Shown here piece by piece: positions 20,518 through 32,448 of a DNA stretch of 64,000 bases. The translations under genes were made by a program, and so were the position numbers. The notes beneath the pieces were generated by a model, which was not told where the DNA came from, searched no databases, and worked only from the letters and a program-made list of their open reading frames with translations. Numbering within the stretch: position 1 is the first letter of the stretch; the number at the start of each line of letters is the position of its first letter. The stretch comes from an uncultured Actinomycetes bacterium. GTDB lineage: Bacteria; Actinomycetota; UBA4738; HRBIN12. The DNA lies in assembly GCA_963704725.1 (NCBI GenBank), contig OY969934.1, positions 2,336,001-2,400,000 on the forward strand, read 5' to 3'.

Positions 20518-23127
20518 TCGGCCTCCGCGCGCCGGGCGGCCGCCCCGGCGAGCCGCGGGGCGAGCGCGGCACCCGCCGCCGAGTCGCGCATCGGGAGCTT
20601 CGTCCGCCACGTGCCCTCGAACGCGTGGAGCGCGCCGGCGCAGGCGGCCGCCGTCGGCACGAGTCCGATCTCGCCGACGCCCTTGGCCCCGAACGGCCCC
20701 TCGGGCTGCGGCACCTCGACCAGGATCGTCTCGACGTCCGGCATCCGAGGCGCCGGCACGATGCCGAGCGACTTCAGGGTGGTCGTCGTGGGGAACCCGC
20801 CCTCGACGGCGTACTCCTCGGTCAGGCCGAACCCCAGGCCCATGTGCACGGCGCCCTCGATCTGGCCCTCGAGCAGCGTGGGGTTCATGGCCCTGCCGAC
20901 GTCGTGCGCGGCGACGACCTTCTCCACGTGGCCCTCGTCGTCCAGGATCACGACCTGCACGGCCCAGCCGAAGGCGAAGTGCGTGACGGGGTTCGGGGCG
21001 TCCGATCCCGGCTTGTCCGTCCAGTCCACGACGATCTCGCCGTAGAACTCGCGGCCCGCGAGATCCTCGAGCCGGCTGCCGATCAGCTCCGCCTTGAGCT
21101 TCTTCGCCGCCTCCTGGATGGCGCGGCCGCCGAGGACCGTCGAGCGCGACGCCGTGGTCTGCCCGGTGTCGAGCTCGCGCATCGTGTCGACGATCACGTG
21201 GACCCGATCCGCCGTGATGCCGAGCTCCTCACAGACCACCTGCAGCAGGACGGTGTTCACGCCCTGGCCCATCTCGGTCCACGAGTGGAACAGCGTGACC
21301 GTGCCGTCGGCCTCGGGCCGCAGGATCGCCCGGCCGAACTCCGTCAGCCCGTTGCCGATCCCGGTGTTCTTCACGCCGGAGCCGATCCCCGCGTACCGGG
21401 CTCCCCGGTAGGCGTCGCGGACGGCCTCCAGGCACGCCTTGATCCCGACGCCCTCGCCCAGCACCTGCCCCGTGCCGAAGCGGTCGCCGACCTCGAGCGC
21501 GTTGCGCCACCGGATCTCCCAGGGGTCGAGGCCCACGAGCTCGGCCAGGCGGTCGAGCATCCCGTCGATCGCGAACATCACCTGGTTCACGCCGAAGCCG
21601 CGGAACGCGCCGCACGGCGGGTTGTTCGTGTAGACGGCCCGGGCCTCGACGTCGACCGCGTCGAACGCGGTACGGCCCGCACGCGTGCCCGGCCGCCCGC
21701 TCGAGCACCTTGTCGCCGACGCTCGCGTACGCGCCGGTGTCGCCGACGATCCGCGCCCGGACCCCGGTCAGCCTGCCGTCGGCCTCGCACCCGACCGTGT
21801 ACGTCATCGTGAGCGGGTGGCGCTTGGGGTGGAAGCGGAGGCTCTCGGCCCGCGTCAGCGTCAGCAGGACCGGCCGCCCCGTCGCCACCGCGGCGAGCGC
21901 GGTGTGGCACTGCACGTTCAGGTCCTCCTTCGCGCCGAACGCGCCGCCGTTGGAGACCTGGGTGACGCGGACGCGCTCCTCCGGCCATCCGAGGAACGAG
22001 GCGATCTGCCGACGGTCCTCCCACACGCCCTGCCCCTGGGACGAGACGTGGACCGTCCCGTCCGCCTCCGGCACCGCGAACGCGGACTCGGGCTCGAGGA
22101 AGGCGTGCTCGATGAACTGGGTCTGGAACGTCTCGGTCAGCACATGCGCCGATCCCTCGAGGGCGGCGTCGACGTCGCCACGCTTCACGATCGAGGTCGA
22201 GAGCAGGTTGCCGCTCTCGTGCAGCGCCGGGGCCTCCGGGGCCAGCGCGTCGAACGGGTCGGTGAGCGGCTCGAGCACCTCGTACTCGACGGCGACGAGC
22301 TCGGCAGCGTCGCGGGCGGCGCGCCGGGTCTCCGCGACGACGATCGCGAGCACGTCGCCGACGTAGCGCGTGATCTCGCCCTCGGCGACGACCTGGGGCC
22401 AGTCTCGCGTGATCAGGCCCTGGGCGCGCTCCCCCGTGACGTCGTCGGCGAGGAGCACGGCCACGACCCCCTCGTGCGCCAGCGCCGGCGCGGGATCGAT
22501 CCGCACCAGGCGCGCCCGGGGGTGGTCGCTGAACCGGAGCGCCCCGTGGAGCATCCCGGGCGCCGTGAGGTCGTTGATGTACGGCTTGTCCCCGAGCGCC
22601 AGCTCCCGGCCCTGGTACCGCGCCGTCCGCGAGCCGACCCGCCCCGACATCTCGGGCTCCGGCATGGGCTCGCCGGCGCGCGAGCGGGCCACGAGGTCGA
22701 CGGCATCGACGATCTTGAGGTAGCCGGTGCACCGGCACAGGTTGCCGGCGAGGGCCTTGGCGATCTCCTCGCGGGAGGGCGCGGGGTTCTTGGCCAGCAG
22801 GCCCTCGCCCTTCATCACGATGCCCGGCGAGCAGAACCCGCACTGCGACGCGCCGGAGACGACGAACCCGTCCGCCCACCGCTCGCGCTCCTGCGGCTCG
22901 AGGCCCTCCTGCGTGACGATGTGACGCCCCGCCACCCGGTCGGCCTTCTGCGCGCACGAGACCACGGCCTTGCCGTCGACCAGCACCGTGCAGGCCCCGC
23001 ACGAGCCCTCCGGGGCGCACCCGTCCTTCACCGAGGTCACGCCGAGCTCCTCGCGGAGGAGCTCGAGCAGGCTCATGCCCGGGCGAACCTCGGCCGAGAC
23101 CGGTCGTCCGTTCAGCGTGAGGTCCAC
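20514..23127 (-). CDS. Fused 2Fe-2S + molybdopterin hydroxylase (selenium-dependent XDH/XdhD-like architecture); indel near 21665
   Basis: N-terminal KDGCAPEGSCGAC, QCGFCSPG, CRCTGY, then HAFLEPE, GGAFGAKED, AFRGFGVNQ, TTASR, GAKGVGE. Confidence 0.85.
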
Positions 23128-23182
23128 GAGGGCCTCGCCTCCTTCTCGCCGCATCGAACTGCTCGCATCATGAGGCCGCCCG

Positions 23183-24139
23183 TCATCGTTCGGCCGGACC
23201 GATCCTCGTGCCGGTCTCCCCCGCCAGCGCGCGGGCCACGCTCTCGGGGTTGGTGATCAGGGCGGTGCCGCCGGTGGCCTCGACGAACGCGACCGCGGCC
23301 TCGATCTTCGGCGCCATGCTGCCCTTGGCGAAGTGCGTGCCCTCGGCCAGGTACGCCCGGGCCTCCTCCGGCGTCAGGTGGTCGACCCATTCCTGCTCCG
23401 GCGTGCCGAACCGGAGCGCGACCTTCTCGATCGACGTGCTGATCACGAACAGCTCCGCCCCCAGCGAGGACGCCAGCAGCGAGGAGGCACGGTCCTTGTC
23501 GATGACCGCGGCGACGCCGCGGAGATCGCCGTTCTCGTCCGCGACCACGGGGATCCCGCCGCCGCCGACGGCGATCACGACGACCCCGGCGCGCAGGAGG
23601 TCGCGGATCACGGCTTCCTCGACGATCCGCATCGGCTCCGGCGAGGCGACCACCCGGCGCCAACCGCGGCCGGCGTCCTCGACCACGCTCCACCCCTCCT
23701 CGTCCCGGCGGCGGGCGGCCTGCGCCTCGTCCATGTACGAGCCGATGGGCTTGGTCGGATCCCGGAACGCCGGGTCGTCCGCCGCCACCTCGGTCTGCGT
23801 GATGACGGTGGCGACGCGCTTGTCGATGCCGAGCCGGGCGAAGTCGTTGTACAGGTTCTGCTGGAGGGCGTAGCCGATCGCCCCCTGCGTGTCGGCCCCG
23901 CACACGTCGAGCGGGACCTCGTGGAGCTCGTGAGCGGCGAGCTCGGACCGGCGGAGGATGAACCCGACCTGCGGGCCGTTGCCGTGCGTGATGGTCACGT
24001 TCCAGCCGTCGCGGATCATCCCGGCGATGTGCATGCACGTCTCGCCGGCGGCGATGTACTGATCGCGCACCGTCTGGTGCATCGTGTCCTTGATCAGCGA
24101 GTTCCCGCCGATCGCGACGACCGCCGTGCGCTCACCCAT
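23183..24139 (-). CDS. arcC: Carbamate kinase
   Basis: VAIGGNSL, THGNGPQVG, PTKPIG, RRVVASP, AVIDKD, GSMAPK. Confidence 0.95.
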   Translation of the reverse strand: MGERTAVVAIGGNSLIKDTMHQTVRDQYIAAGETCMHIAGMIRDGWNVTITHGNGPQVGFILRRSELAAHELHEVPLDVCGADTQGAIGYALQQNLYNDFARLGIDKRVATVITQTEVAADDPAFRDPTKPIGSYMDEAQAARRRDEEGWSVVEDAGRGWRRVVASPEPMRIVEEAVIRDLLRAGVVVIAVGGGGIPVVADENGDLRGVAAVIDKDRASSLLASSLGAELFVISTSIEKVALRFGTPEQEWVDHLTPEEARAYLAEGTHFAKGSMAPKIEAAVAFVEATGGTALITNPESVARALAGETGTRIGPAER

Positions 24140-24157
24140 CGCCGGTCCCGAACCCCC

Positions 24158-25111
24158 CTACTCCACCGCGCCCAGGACCAGCGACAGCAGGGCCATCCGC
24201 ATCACGACGCCGTTGAACGCCTCGGTCCAGTATCGGGCGTGGCGGGTCGCATCGACGTCGGCCGGCAGCTCGTCCATCCGAGGGAGCGAGTGCAGGATGA
24301 TGGCGTCGCTCTTGGCCTTCTCGCCCAGCAGCTGGCGGGTCACGCGGTACTCGGCGGGCGTGGTGGGGAGCTCTCCGCCGCGCTCGTCGCGCCCCTTCGT
24401 GTAGTCGGCCTGCACCACCGGCTCCATGTAGATGACGTCGACGTCGCCGATGACCTTCTCGACGGACTCGGCCTCGATGTACCGGACGTTGCGCTCGTCG
24501 AGCTCCGTCTTGAACTCCGGCAGGAGCGACATGTCGGGCGGGCCGACGACGTAGGAAACGACGTCGAACTGGCTGAACGCGTACAGGATCGAGTGCATCG
24601 TCCGCATCCGCATGTCGCCGACCAGCAGGAAGTTCAGCCCGTCGATGCGGCCGCGCTCCTTCCACGTCGTGTAGAGGTCGGTGAGGACCTGCGTGGGGTG
24701 CTCGCCCCAGCCGTCCCCGCAGTTGATGATCGGCACCGAGGCCCACCTCGCGGCCTCCTCGGGCGCGCCCTGCTGGAAGTGCCGCATCGCGATGACGTCC
24801 GCGTAGAACTCCAGCATGTGGACCGTGTCCTTGATCGACTCCTGGTAGAAGTCGCCGGCGCGGGTGTTCTTCGCGTCGGAGAACCCGAGCACGTGCCCGC
24901 CGAGCCGGTGCATGGCCGCCTCGGTGGCCATCCGCGTCCGGGTGCTCGGCTGGTAGAACGCCGTCAGCAGGCTCTTGTCCTTGAGCAGGTCGCTGTTGCG
25001 CCGCCCCTTCGCGATCGGCGCGAGCCGGTCGCAGATCTCGAAGACGTGGAAGAACTCCTCCCGCTCGAACTCCTTGAGCGAAAGGATGTCGCGTCCGGCG
25101 AAGCTCCTCAT
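24158..25111 (-). CDS. Aspartate carbamoyltransferase-like protein with an altered acceptor site
   Basis: FYQPSTRT, MRH, GDGWGEHPTQ, HSLPR retained; YMEPVVQ replaces the canonical YMTRxQxER. Confidence 0.8.
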   Translation of the reverse strand: MRSFAGRDILSLKEFEREEFFHVFEICDRLAPIAKGRRNSDLLKDKSLLTAFYQPSTRTRMATEAAMHRLGGHVLGFSDAKNTRAGDFYQESIKDTVHMLEFYADVIAMRHFQQGAPEEAARWASVPIINCGDGWGEHPTQVLTDLYTTWKERGRIDGLNFLLVGDMRMRTMHSILYAFSQFDVVSYVVGPPDMSLLPEFKTELDERNVRYIEAESVEKVIGDVDVIYMEPVVQADYTKGRDERGGELPTTPAEYRVTRQLLGEKAKSDAIILHSLPRMDELPADVDATRHARYWTEAFNGVVMRMALLSLVLGAVE

Positions 25112-25130
25112 CGATGTCCTCCTCGTTCGT

Positions 25131-26473
<1,343 letters not shown>

Positions 26474-26477
<4 letters not shown>

Positions 26478-27967
26478 GCCACCTCGATGCCCGAACGGGC
26501 GTTGAACGCCCGGATCGCCTCGTCCCACGCCGGCATCAGGTCGCGCAGGCCGCGCCAGAACCCCTGGTCGCGCCGGGCCGTGAAGTCCTCGATCGACACG
26601 CCCTGCTGCTCGACCCACGTGAAGTACCCGAGGTTGAAGACCCGGTCTCGGTCCTCGTCCGTGAGCTGGGCCATGTCGCCCGTGCCCTGCCCCTCGAGAG
26701 AGCGGCCGAACGTCTCGGCGGCCTCGGCCTCCCCGAACCCGCCGGGGAAGTCGCGCGCCAGGACCTTGTCGACCTCCGTGCGGTACATCGAGGCGCCGTC
26801 CGTCGCGATCGTCACGATGACGTCGTCGGCTCCCAGATGCTGCAGCCTCGCCGTCTTGATCGCGCCGAGGACGTTGCAGATGCTCGAGAGCCCGAAGGAG
26901 TCCAGGGCGGAGATCGTCGCCTCGTCGACGCCGCGCCGGCGGAGGTAGGCCCGGCCCTCCGCGGTGTTGAACAGGACGTTCAGCCGGTCGGTGTCCCGGT
27001 CGCTGAGGTCCACCACGACGTCGGTGTTCATGACGTTGTGGATCAATGGAACGTGCTTGTCGCCGATCCCCTGGATGTTGTGCTCGCCGAACCCGTTGCG
27101 GAGCAACGTGGGACACTCGAGCGCCTCGGCCGCGACGATGGACGTTCCGTACCGGTCTTTCAGGTGGTCGCCGGCCGCGATCGTGCCTGCGGAGCCGGTG
27201 GCGGAGACGAACGCGCGCAGGCGCAGTCCCGGGTCGCGCTCGCGCAGCGTCTCGAACACGTGGGCCAGCGCCCGGCCCGTGACCAGCTCGTGCACGAGGT
27301 GGTTGGGGTACTCCGAGAACTGGTTCAGGATCACGTTCCCCGGATCCACGGCCAGGCGCTTGCACTCGTCGTAGATCTCGCGGACGTTGCTCTCCACGCC
27401 CGGCGTCCGGATGACGTCGGCGGCGTCGAGGACCCACCGCTCCAGCCACTCGAACCGCTCGCGGCTCATGCCCTCCGGTAGGACCGCCACGCCCCGGCAC
27501 CCCATGATGCGGCTGATGGCCACGCCGCCCCGGCAGTAGTTGCCGGTCGAGGGCCACACGGCCCGGTGCGCGGTCGCGTCGAACTCGCCGCCGACGACCC
27601 GGGGCACCAGGCAGGCGTAGGCCGCCAGGACCTTGTGCGCGCCGATCATGGGGAAGCGGTCGCCGAGCACGACCACGATCTTCGCGTCGACGCCGGTGAG
27701 CGACGACGGCAGGACCACGTGCGCGGGGACCTCGACGATCCCTCGCCGGTCCGCGGCGTTGTACCAGTGGACGCGGAACAGGTTCAGCGGGTGGGCGGAG
27801 TCGGGGTCGATGCCCGCGAGCTCGTCGCGGATCCGCTGGGGGATCTTGGCGGGCTCCGCCAGCTGCTCGAACGTGGGCAGCGCGATCCCCGCCTCACGGA
27901 ACCGGTCGACCGTCCGCTCCTGGATCCGCGGATCGGCGACGTCGTGCTCGAGGCCCGATCCCGTCAT
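26474..27967 (-). CDS. Fold-type II (TrpB/CysK superfamily) PLP-dependent enzyme, about 497 aa
   Basis: [37 protein letters not shown]. Confidence 0.82.
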
Positions 27968-28067
27968 CTCGACCACCTCCCACCCCTCGACCGGCCGCTC
28001 CACGAATCGGGCCCGGGCGAACCCTCCGGGCGGCTCGAGGGTCGCGGCTCCCGGCCGAGGCCCAACC

Positions 28068-28095
28068 CCGGTGAATATTAGAGTTTGTTGAAGCG
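28068..28095 (-). promoter_or_regulatory. AT-rich promoter/operator for the leftward catabolic operon
   Basis: Minus strand reads GCTTCAACAAACTCTAATATTCAC, with a TAATAT -10-like hexamer; AT island in the divergent intergenic gap. Confidence 0.5.
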
Positions 28096-28174
28096 GGCGC
28101 CGCAGGGGATGCCCGTCGGCCCGTGGCGTGAGGGGCCCTTCGGCCCTGCTCGCCGACGGCGAGATTGACAGACC

Positions 28175-28444
28175 GTGGACACCGTGAGCGCACCGGCGGA
28201 TCGGCGCAGGGTCAGGGCCGAGTTCACCGTCTTCCCCTTCCGTGAGAGCGAGGCCCTGCCGGCCCACGCCCGGGCCGCCGTGGAGGCGGCTCGATCGGCC
28301 GGTGCGGAGGTGGACGTCGAGCCGCTGTCCAGCGTCGCCTCGGGTGAGGTCGAGGTCGTCCTCGAGGCCGTGCGCGCGGCGGCCATCGCCGCGTTCGGGG
28401 CGGGAGCGACGCGGTTCACCCTCAACGTCGAGGTGGAGCCGTGA
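28175..28444 (+). CDS. Thiamine_BP/YkoF-like small ligand-binding protein
   Basis: RAEFTVFPF...[13 protein letters not shown]...[13 protein letters not shown] ferredoxin-like pattern; coupled to the next gene by GTGA. Confidence 0.7.
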   Translation: MDTVSAPADRRRVRAEFTVFPFRESEALPAHARAAVEAARSAGAEVDVEPLSSVASGEVEVVLEAVRAAAIAAFGAGATRFTLNVEVEP

Positions 28445-28926
28445 CCGCGGAGACCGAGTTCGCGCAGGCGCTGGCGGGGGCGCTCGGGCCCCTGTACCGC
28501 GTGTCCGTCGTCGGCTCGAACGGGGACGTCGAGGCGACGTTCCGGGCCCCGGACCAGGCCGAGGCCGGGGTCCCCTCGAGCCGGATCGGGCTCCCGGGCT
28601 CCTCCTCGTGCCTGGTGGTCGAGGTCGACGTCGGCGCGCTCCAGGCCGCCGACCGCGTCCTGCACGAGCTCGCCCGGGCCAGATGGGAGACCTCGATCGG
28701 CCTGCCCAACCTGGACGGTGCCCTCGAGGAGCTGATCTCCGACGCCGAGTCCAGGATCGGACGGCCGGTCGCCGAGATGAGCCGGATCGACAAGCAGCGG
28801 CTGGTCAAGTTCCTGGACGAGCGCGGGGCGTTCTCCCTCCGCAAGTCGGTCGAGGGGGTCGCCCTCGTGCTCGGGGTGAGCCGATTCACGGTCTACAACT
28901 ACCTCGACGCCTCGCGAGGCTCTTGA
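28441..28926 (+). CDS. Transcriptional regulator with a YheO-like HTH_22 C-terminus
   Basis: [38 protein letters not shown]. Confidence 0.85.
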   Translation: MTAETEFAQALAGALGPLYRVSVVGSNGDVEATFRAPDQAEAGVPSSRIGLPGSSSCLVVEVDVGALQAADRVLHELARARWETSIGLPNLDGALEELISDAESRIGRPVAEMSRIDKQRLVKFLDERGAFSLRKSVEGVALVLGVSRFTVYNYLDASRGS

Positions 28927-29170
28927 CGGCGCCCCCGGCGTGCGCGGAGACGGCCCGCTCCCGGGCCCCACGACCCCATCGCAGCGGGCCGTTTGCCTCA
29001 GCGCCCGTCTCCGCCCCGCCCGGCATGCTTGCCGACGGCGTTCAACATTCCGACAGGTCGGGAGCGATCACCGTGCGGAACCCCCAGCCGATCCCCCGTC
29101 GATCCGCGTCCACGGTTCGTGCGGCGGCGGGGTCGCCCTGCGGCCACCCCCGGACGCGGCGGCCGGTCGC

Positions 29171-30353
29171 GTGACGATCGCCGCCCGTGGGGACCTGCGC
29201 CGGTTCCTGGTGAGCTGGTTCGCGCTGCCGGGGGCCGCGCTCGCCGCCCTGCTGGTCGGCGCGGCGATGCTCCTCGCGCTCGGCGCGAACCCTCTGACCG
29301 GATACCGCGCGCTGGCCGAGGGAGCCTTCGGCAGCTTCGATGCGCTCGCCGACACGGCGATCAAGGCGGTGCCGCTGGTGCTCGTCGGCGTGGGCATCTG
29401 CATCGCGTTCCGCGCCAACGTCCTGAACATCGGCGGCGAGGGTCAGATGGTCATGGGCGGCCTGGCGGCCACGGCGACGGCGATCGCCGTCCCCGGCGTG
29501 CCCGCGCCCCCTCATGGTGCCGCTCGTGCTGCTCGCCGGCGCCGCCGGCGGGGCCGTGTGGGGGGCGATCCCCGGGTCGCTGAAGGCCTACCTCAACGTC
29601 AACGAGATCCTGTCCACGATCATGCTCAACATCGTTGCGGTGCAGGTCATGAACTATCTGCTCGCCGGACCCATGGTCGACAAGGAGTTCTCCGGCTTCT
29701 CCCTGATCCCGCAGACCAAACGGCTCGCGCCGAGCGCGGACCTGCCGGTGCTCCCCGGCGGAACGAAGCTCCACGCGGGGGTCGTCGTGGCGGTGCTCGC
29801 CGCGGTGCTCGTGTACGTCCTGCTGTGGCGAACGGGGCTCGGGTTCCGGCTACGCGCGGTGGGGCTGTCGCGAGAGGCGTCCGCGTACGCGGGCATCCCC
29901 GTGAAGCGGACCATCACGCTGGCGATGACGCTGGCCGGGGCCATGTCCGGCCTGGCCGGCGCCGTGGTGGTCTTCGGCGGGGCCTCGCACCGGATGGTCA
30001 CGGACGGCACCGCGACGGGGTTCACCGGATCCGCGGGCTTCAACGGGATCGTCGCCGCCCTGTTCGGGGGGCTGCATCCCGTGTGGACGATCCTGTCCGC
30101 GTTCGTCTTCGGCGGCCTGCTCGTCGGTGGCAACGCCATGCAGATCGCCGTCCAGGTCCCGACGGCGCTGGTCGTGGCGCTGAACGGCGTGCTCGTGGTC
30201 TTCGTCGTCTCGATCGAGTACCTGCGCCGCCGGGCCCGACTGCGGCTCGAGGTGCCCGCCGGCGCGCTGGCCGAGAGCCGTCCCCGGCTCGAGCCCGCCG
30301 CCGCGGGGGCCGCCGCGGCGGCGGAGGATCCCCCCGGGGAGGCCGGCGGATGA
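29171..30353 (+). CDS. Nucleoside/purine ABC transporter permease 1; indel in the C-run near 29510
   Basis: NIGGEGQ, then NEILSTIMLN, GFRLRAVG, GFNGIVAALFG in the shifted frame. Confidence 0.85.
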
Positions 30354-31282
30354 GGGACTTCTTCACCCTCACCGTGCTCACGGCCACCGTCGCCGCCGGG
30401 GTCCGGCTGGCCACCCCGTTCCTGCTGGCCAGCCTTGGCGAGACCATCGGACAGCGCAGCGGGGTCCTCAACCTGGGCGTCGACGGGATCATGCTGCTCG
30501 GCGCCTTCGGCTCGTACTACACGGCCCTGCACTCGCACAGCCTGTGGCTCGCGGTGCTGGTCGGCGCGCTCGTCGGGGCGACGATGGGCCTCGTCACGGC
30601 CTTCGTCAGCGTGACGCTGAAGGCCGAGCAGGGCATCAGCGGCATCGGCGTCTTCCTGTTCGGCCTGGGGCTGTCCGACCTGCTGTTCCAGAAGCTCGTG
30701 GGCACGCCCGTGCCGATCCCGACGTTCCCCACGGTCAAGGTCCCGCTCCTCGCGAGCATCCCCACCGTCGGCGAGATGCTGTTCCAGGCCAACCTGATGG
30801 TCTACCTGGCCTTCCTGCTGGTCCCCGTCCTCGCGTTCGTCCTCAACCGAACGACGTACGGCACCAACGTGAAGGCGGTGGGCGAGAACCCGGCCGCCGC
30901 CGACAGCGTCGGCGTGAACGTCGCGCGGGTGCGGTACTCCACGGTCCTGCTGGGCAGCACGCTCGCCGGCGTGGCCGGCGCGGCCCTCGCGCTCCAGCTC
31001 GGCATCTTCCAGCAGAACCTCACCCAGGGGCAGGGGTTCATCGCGGTCGCGCTGGTCTACTTCGGCGCGTGGCGTCCCGTGGGCGTGATGGCCGGCTCGC
31101 TCCTCTACGGGATGGTCGCGGCCACGGTCCTGACGTGGAAGACGCTCGGGATCATCCCGCAGAGCGCCTCGGACCTGGCGGCGATGGCTCCGGCGGTGCT
31201 CACCGTCCTCGCCCTCGTCGTCGTCGCCCGGCGCTTCCGGCAGCCGGCCGCCCTGGCCAGGCCCTACGAACGAGGAGGCTGA
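30350..31282 (+). CDS. Nucleoside/purine ABC transporter permease 2
   Basis: QRSGVLNLGVDG, AVGENPAAADSVG, GQGFIAVALV. Confidence 0.9.
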   Translation: MRDFFTLTVLTATVAAGVRLATPFLLASLGETIGQRSGVLNLGVDGIMLLGAFGSYYTALHSHSLWLAVLVGALVGATMGLVTAFVSVTLKAEQGISGIGVFLFGLGLSDLLFQKLVGTPVPIPTFPTVKVPLLASIPTVGEMLFQANLMVYLAFLLVPVLAFVLNRTTYGTNVKAVGENPAAADSVGVNVARVRYSTVLLGSTLAGVAGAALALQLGIFQQNLTQGQGFIAVALVYFGAWRPVGVMAGSLLYGMVAATVLTWKTLGIIPQSASDLAAMAPAVLTVLALVVVARRFRQPAALARPYERGG

Positions 31283-31343
31283 GGACGCTCGAGGGACGGA
31301 TCCCCGCATCACCGAAGGCACGGATCCCGAAGGAGGGGTTGGC

Positions 31344-32423
31344 ATGGACACGAAGCTGCTTCGATGGGCCCGCCTCGCGGCCATCGTCGCGGTCCTGGCG
31401 ATCGTCGCCGCGGCCTGCAGCGACGACGGCACCACGAACGGGCCGACGAACACCGGCACCACCGGCACGACGGCGACGACGACCGGGACCACCGGCACCA
31501 CCGGCGCCACCGGCACCACGGCCGCCGAGCCGTTCCGCGTGGCGGTCGTCGCACCGAGCGCCACGAACGACCTGGCGTTCACGCAGTCGATGGTCGACGC
31601 GCTGAACACCCTGAAGGACTCCGAGAACCTCGACATCGCGGTCTCGGACAACCTGTTCGTCGTGGACGACGCGGCGAGCGCGCTCCAGAACTACGCCGAG
31701 CAGGGCTACGACCTGGTCATCGCGCACGGGTCGCAGTTCGGCGGCATCATCGAGCAGCTCGCGCCGGAGTTCCCCGACGTCTCGTTCGCCTGGGGCACGG
31801 CGGGCGACACCTTCGGCCAGCCCAACGTGTACGCCTACCAGGCCGCGTCGGACCAGGGCGGCTACGTCCAGGGCGTGCTCGCGGCGGGGCTGACGCAGAC
31901 CAAGAAGATCGGCGTGGTCGGCCCCATCGAGGTCGGCGACGCGAAGCTGTACGTCGACGGGTTCGTCGCCGGCGTCGCGGCCGCCGATCCCTCGGTCAAG
32001 GTGAACGTGAACTACACGGGATCGTTCAGCGACGTCGCGCTCGCGACGGAGGCGGCCCGGAGCTTCGTGGCGGCCGACGCCGACGTCCTGACCGGCTCGG
32101 CCCAGATGGTCGTCGGAGCGGTCGGGGTCGCGTCGGAGCGAGACGTGCCGTGGTTCGGGACGCAGGCCAACCAGACCTCGCTCGCCCCGAACATCGTCGT
32201 GTCTTCCCAGGTCTACCACTGGGAGGTCGCCCTGCAGCAGATCATCGACGGCATCCGCGGTGGGACGCTGGGCGGCCAGAGCTACACGATCGATCTCGCC
32301 AACGGCGGCGAGGTCATCGAGTTCAACCCGGATTACAGCGTTCCCGCCGACGTGCAGGCGGCCGGTGAGGACGCGATCGCCGGGCTCTCGGACGGCTCGA
32401 TCACGACCGGCGTCTCCGAGTAG
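31344..32423 (+). CDS. BMP family ABC substrate-binding lipoprotein
   Basis: Lipobox AAAC; Thr/Gly linker; DLAFTQS, GYDLVIAHG, YTGSFSD. Confidence 0.9.
   Translation: MDTKLLRWARLAAIVAVLAIVAAACSDDGTTNGPTNTGTTGTTATTTGTTGTTGATGTTAAEPFRVAVVAPSATNDLAFTQSMVDALNTLKDSENLDIAVSDNLFVVDDAASALQNYAEQGYDLVIAHGSQFGGIIEQLAPEFPDVSFAWGTAGDTFGQPNVYAYQAASDQGGYVQGVLAAGLTQTKKIGVVGPIEVGDAKLYVDGFVAGVAAADPSVKVNVNYTGSFSDVALATEAARSFVAADADVLTGSAQMVVGAVGVASERDVPWFGTQANQTSLAPNIVVSSQVYHWEVALQQIIDGIRGGTLGGQSYTIDLANGGEVIEFNPDYSVPADVQAAGEDAIAGLSDGSITTGVSE
31447..31522 (+). repeat. Imperfect 9-bp repeats (ACCGGCACC) encoding a Thr-Gly-Thr linker
   Basis: TNTGTTGTTATTTGTTGTTGATGTT in the BMP N-terminus. Confidence 0.8.
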
Positions 32424-32448
32424 CTCGAAGGGGCGAGGGGGAGGGACG

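Noticed and set aside
20514-23127. Selenocysteine read-through in the Se-XDH-like enzyme
   Set aside because: The break is a frameshift, not an in-frame TGA; this family uses a labile Se cofactor rather than Sec
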